A stretch of DNA of 52,549 nt, from the NCBI GenBank assembly GCA_045614345.1, contig JAZLCR010000002.1:1-52549 (forward strand), in the 5' to 3' direction. Under the pieces are notes generated by a model, which was given only the letters and a program-made list of their open reading frames with translations, was not told the origin of the DNA and made no database searches. This stretch comes from Candidatus Onthoplasma sp. Its GTDB lineage: Bacteria; Bacillota; Clostridia; Christensenellales; UBA1242. A program made the translations under genes and the position numbers. Below, piece after piece: positions 51,626-52,549 of the stretch. Within the stretch, counting starts at the first letter, position 1. Each line of letters starts with the position of its first letter.

Positions 51626-52309
51626 ATGACAATAGAAGAGATAAGAAGGCTTGCAGAAGATGAAAAGAGCGGGAGACTGAGAAATCCGGAAACATTAAGT
51701 AATGAATCAATTGAAAATCTTATGATGGCGCACAAGCAACTGGTGTTTGTTGTTGATAAAATTATTAGGAATCCACACAGAAATCAATTTTTAACAAATT
51801 CTTTATTTTTAAAATTACAACTTAAAAACTGCGGAATTAAAAGTTTGCGTGCATCAAATAAAAACTTTGATACATATGAAATATCATCAGAATTTTGTGA
51901 TGGAACATTCTTCGATGCTCATAAAATATTTGATTCAAGTGAATATCCATCATTCATAAAACCTCACTATTGTTATGATAACACAAGACGAACAATTCCG
52001 TTATTTGGTTTGAAAGCCAAGATATTAAGTGGAATTGTGTTCATTGGAAAACCATTTCTTCATTCGGTGATTTTGTGCAATGATAAAATAATTGATTATA
52101 ATTATGATTTGGTTATGACAAAAGATTTGTATTTTCGTTTAACTCATTTTGAAGTTTTGTCAGAATTGAGCTTTGATCAAATTCGAAAAAACAGGGGAAT
52201 TATTTCAAAGATGGAGGGTGTTGAAAGTCATATTTTCAACTTTGCTTTTGAAGAGCTTATGAGGCAAGAAAGGGTAAAACAAGGAGTTAATGATGGTGCT
52301 GGGGTGTAA
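51626..52309 (+). CDS. hypothetical protein, 227 aa, possible Cys-His-Asp (papain/transglutaminase-like) fold
   Basis: RBS AAGGTGA upstream. A candidate catalytic order is HYCYDNT (Cys) ... FLHSVILCNDKIIDYNYD (His, Asp). This is pattern-level only. Confidence 0.65.
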   Translation: MTIEEIRRLAEDEKSGRLRNPETLSNESIENLMMAHKQLVFVVDKIIRNPHRNQFLTNSLFLKLQLKNCGIKSLRASNKNFDTYEISSEFCDGTFFDAHKIFDSSEYPSFIKPHYCYDNTRRTIPLFGLKAKILSGIVFIGKPFLHSVILCNDKIIDYNYDLVMTKDLYFRLTHFEVLSELSFDQIRKNRGIISKMEGVESHIFNFAFEELMRQERVKQGVNDGAGV

Positions 52310-52383
52310 TTTTCCGGCACTTTTTGATTTAAAATGTACAAAAAATCAAATAAAAAATTATTAAAAAATTTTTATAAAAAGGG

Positions 52384-52412
52384 TTGACAAAGTTGTTCGT
52401 GTTTGGTAGAAT
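52384..52412 (+). promoter_or_regulatory. consensus extended -10 sigma-70 promoter
   Basis: -35 TTGACA (52384-52389), 17-nt spacer, TGgTAGAAT (52404-52412), with an A/T-rich UP-like region upstream. Confidence 0.65.
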
Positions 52413-52417
52413 AGCAT

Positions 52418-52549
52418 TGCTGAATTGCGGGATTGACGCATAAGGTTGCATTTGTTAGCAAGCAACAAATGGGAATTTATGCTGACCTAGCCCTTTCGGG
52501 TGCCGGCAAAATGGTGGACTTTTGAGTCCAATTTATTTTGGGATTTAGC
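52418..52549 (+). ncRNA. unidentified structured non-coding transcript or leader, truncated by the window end
   Basis: No ORF longer than 20 codons is present. Nested helix: GCATAA/TTATGC (52438-52443/52477-52482) encloses CATTTGTT/AACAAATG (52449-52456/52464-52471). Two further hairpins are GCCC-UUUC-GGGU (52490-52501) and TGGACT-TTTG-AGTCCA (52515-52530). Confidence 0.35.

Noticed and set aside
51526-51735. 69-aa minus-strand ORF.
   Set aside because: It overlaps the promoter and 5' end of the better-supported plus-strand 227-aa gene, has no RBS, and translates to hydrophobic low-complexity sequence.
52418-52549. The terminal structured RNA as tmRNA, RNase P RNA, T-box, TPP riboswitch or SRP Alu domain.
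   Set aside because: GCUGAAUUGCGGGAUUGAC loosely resembles the tmRNA 5' region (GGGGCUGAUUCUGGAUUCGAC). However, it lacks the GGGG acceptor start, leaves no room for pseudoknot 1, and encodes no ...A(L/F)AA-type tag. It has no GAGGAAAGUCC, no T-box GGGUGGNACCGCG and no CUGAGA. Its identity is left open.
1-52549. Alternative genetic code (TGA=Trp/Gly), as in Mollicutes or some candidate phyla, suggested by the low GC and the rarity of TGA stops.
   Set aside because: Conserved genes and 20-kb ORFs are intact under the standard code with Trp as TGG. A TGA-sense organism of this GC content would show frequent in-frame TGA.

Overview
AT-rich (about one-third GC by eye, not computed) chromosomal segment that looks like a low-GC Bacillota-type genome, using the standard genetic code. 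About 62% of the window (32,640 of 52,549 nt) is taken by three paralogous surface-protein genes of 3077, 6730 and 1070 aa. All three contain modules packed with GLUG-type glycine motifs (VGGLVG, IGGIVG, AGGFVG). The two largest also have lipoprotein-type signal peptides and long arrays of Ig/FN3-like modules. The strongest candidate for an undescribed system is the operon at 2302-17040. It encodes the 3077-aa lipoprotein, then an archaeal/ER-type signal peptidase (SipW-like), then four secreted or anchored proteins. Three of those four carry SipW-cognate (TasA/camelysin-type) N-terminal signals: an 871-aa protein and two TasA-sized proteins. The fourth is a type-II membrane protein. This resembles an expanded tapA-sipW-tasA fibre module fused transcriptionally to a giant adhesin. 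The 6730-aa protein is also unusual in having a two-helix membrane hairpin near its C-terminus followed by a 665-aa Tyr/Trp-rich domain. The remaining genes are housekeeping: cysS, a minimal two-gene sufC/sufB-like pair, spoIIID-like, ttcA-like, spoVG, murC, rpmE, prmC and prfA. There are also several small hypothetical genes, one of them an RNHCP-domain protein. I found no transposase, integrase, CRISPR array, tRNA or rRNA. Near-consensus sigma-70 promoters and clean intrinsic terminators can be read for most transcription units. The window ends about 130 nt into an unidentified structured non-coding transcript driven by a perfect extended -10 promoter.
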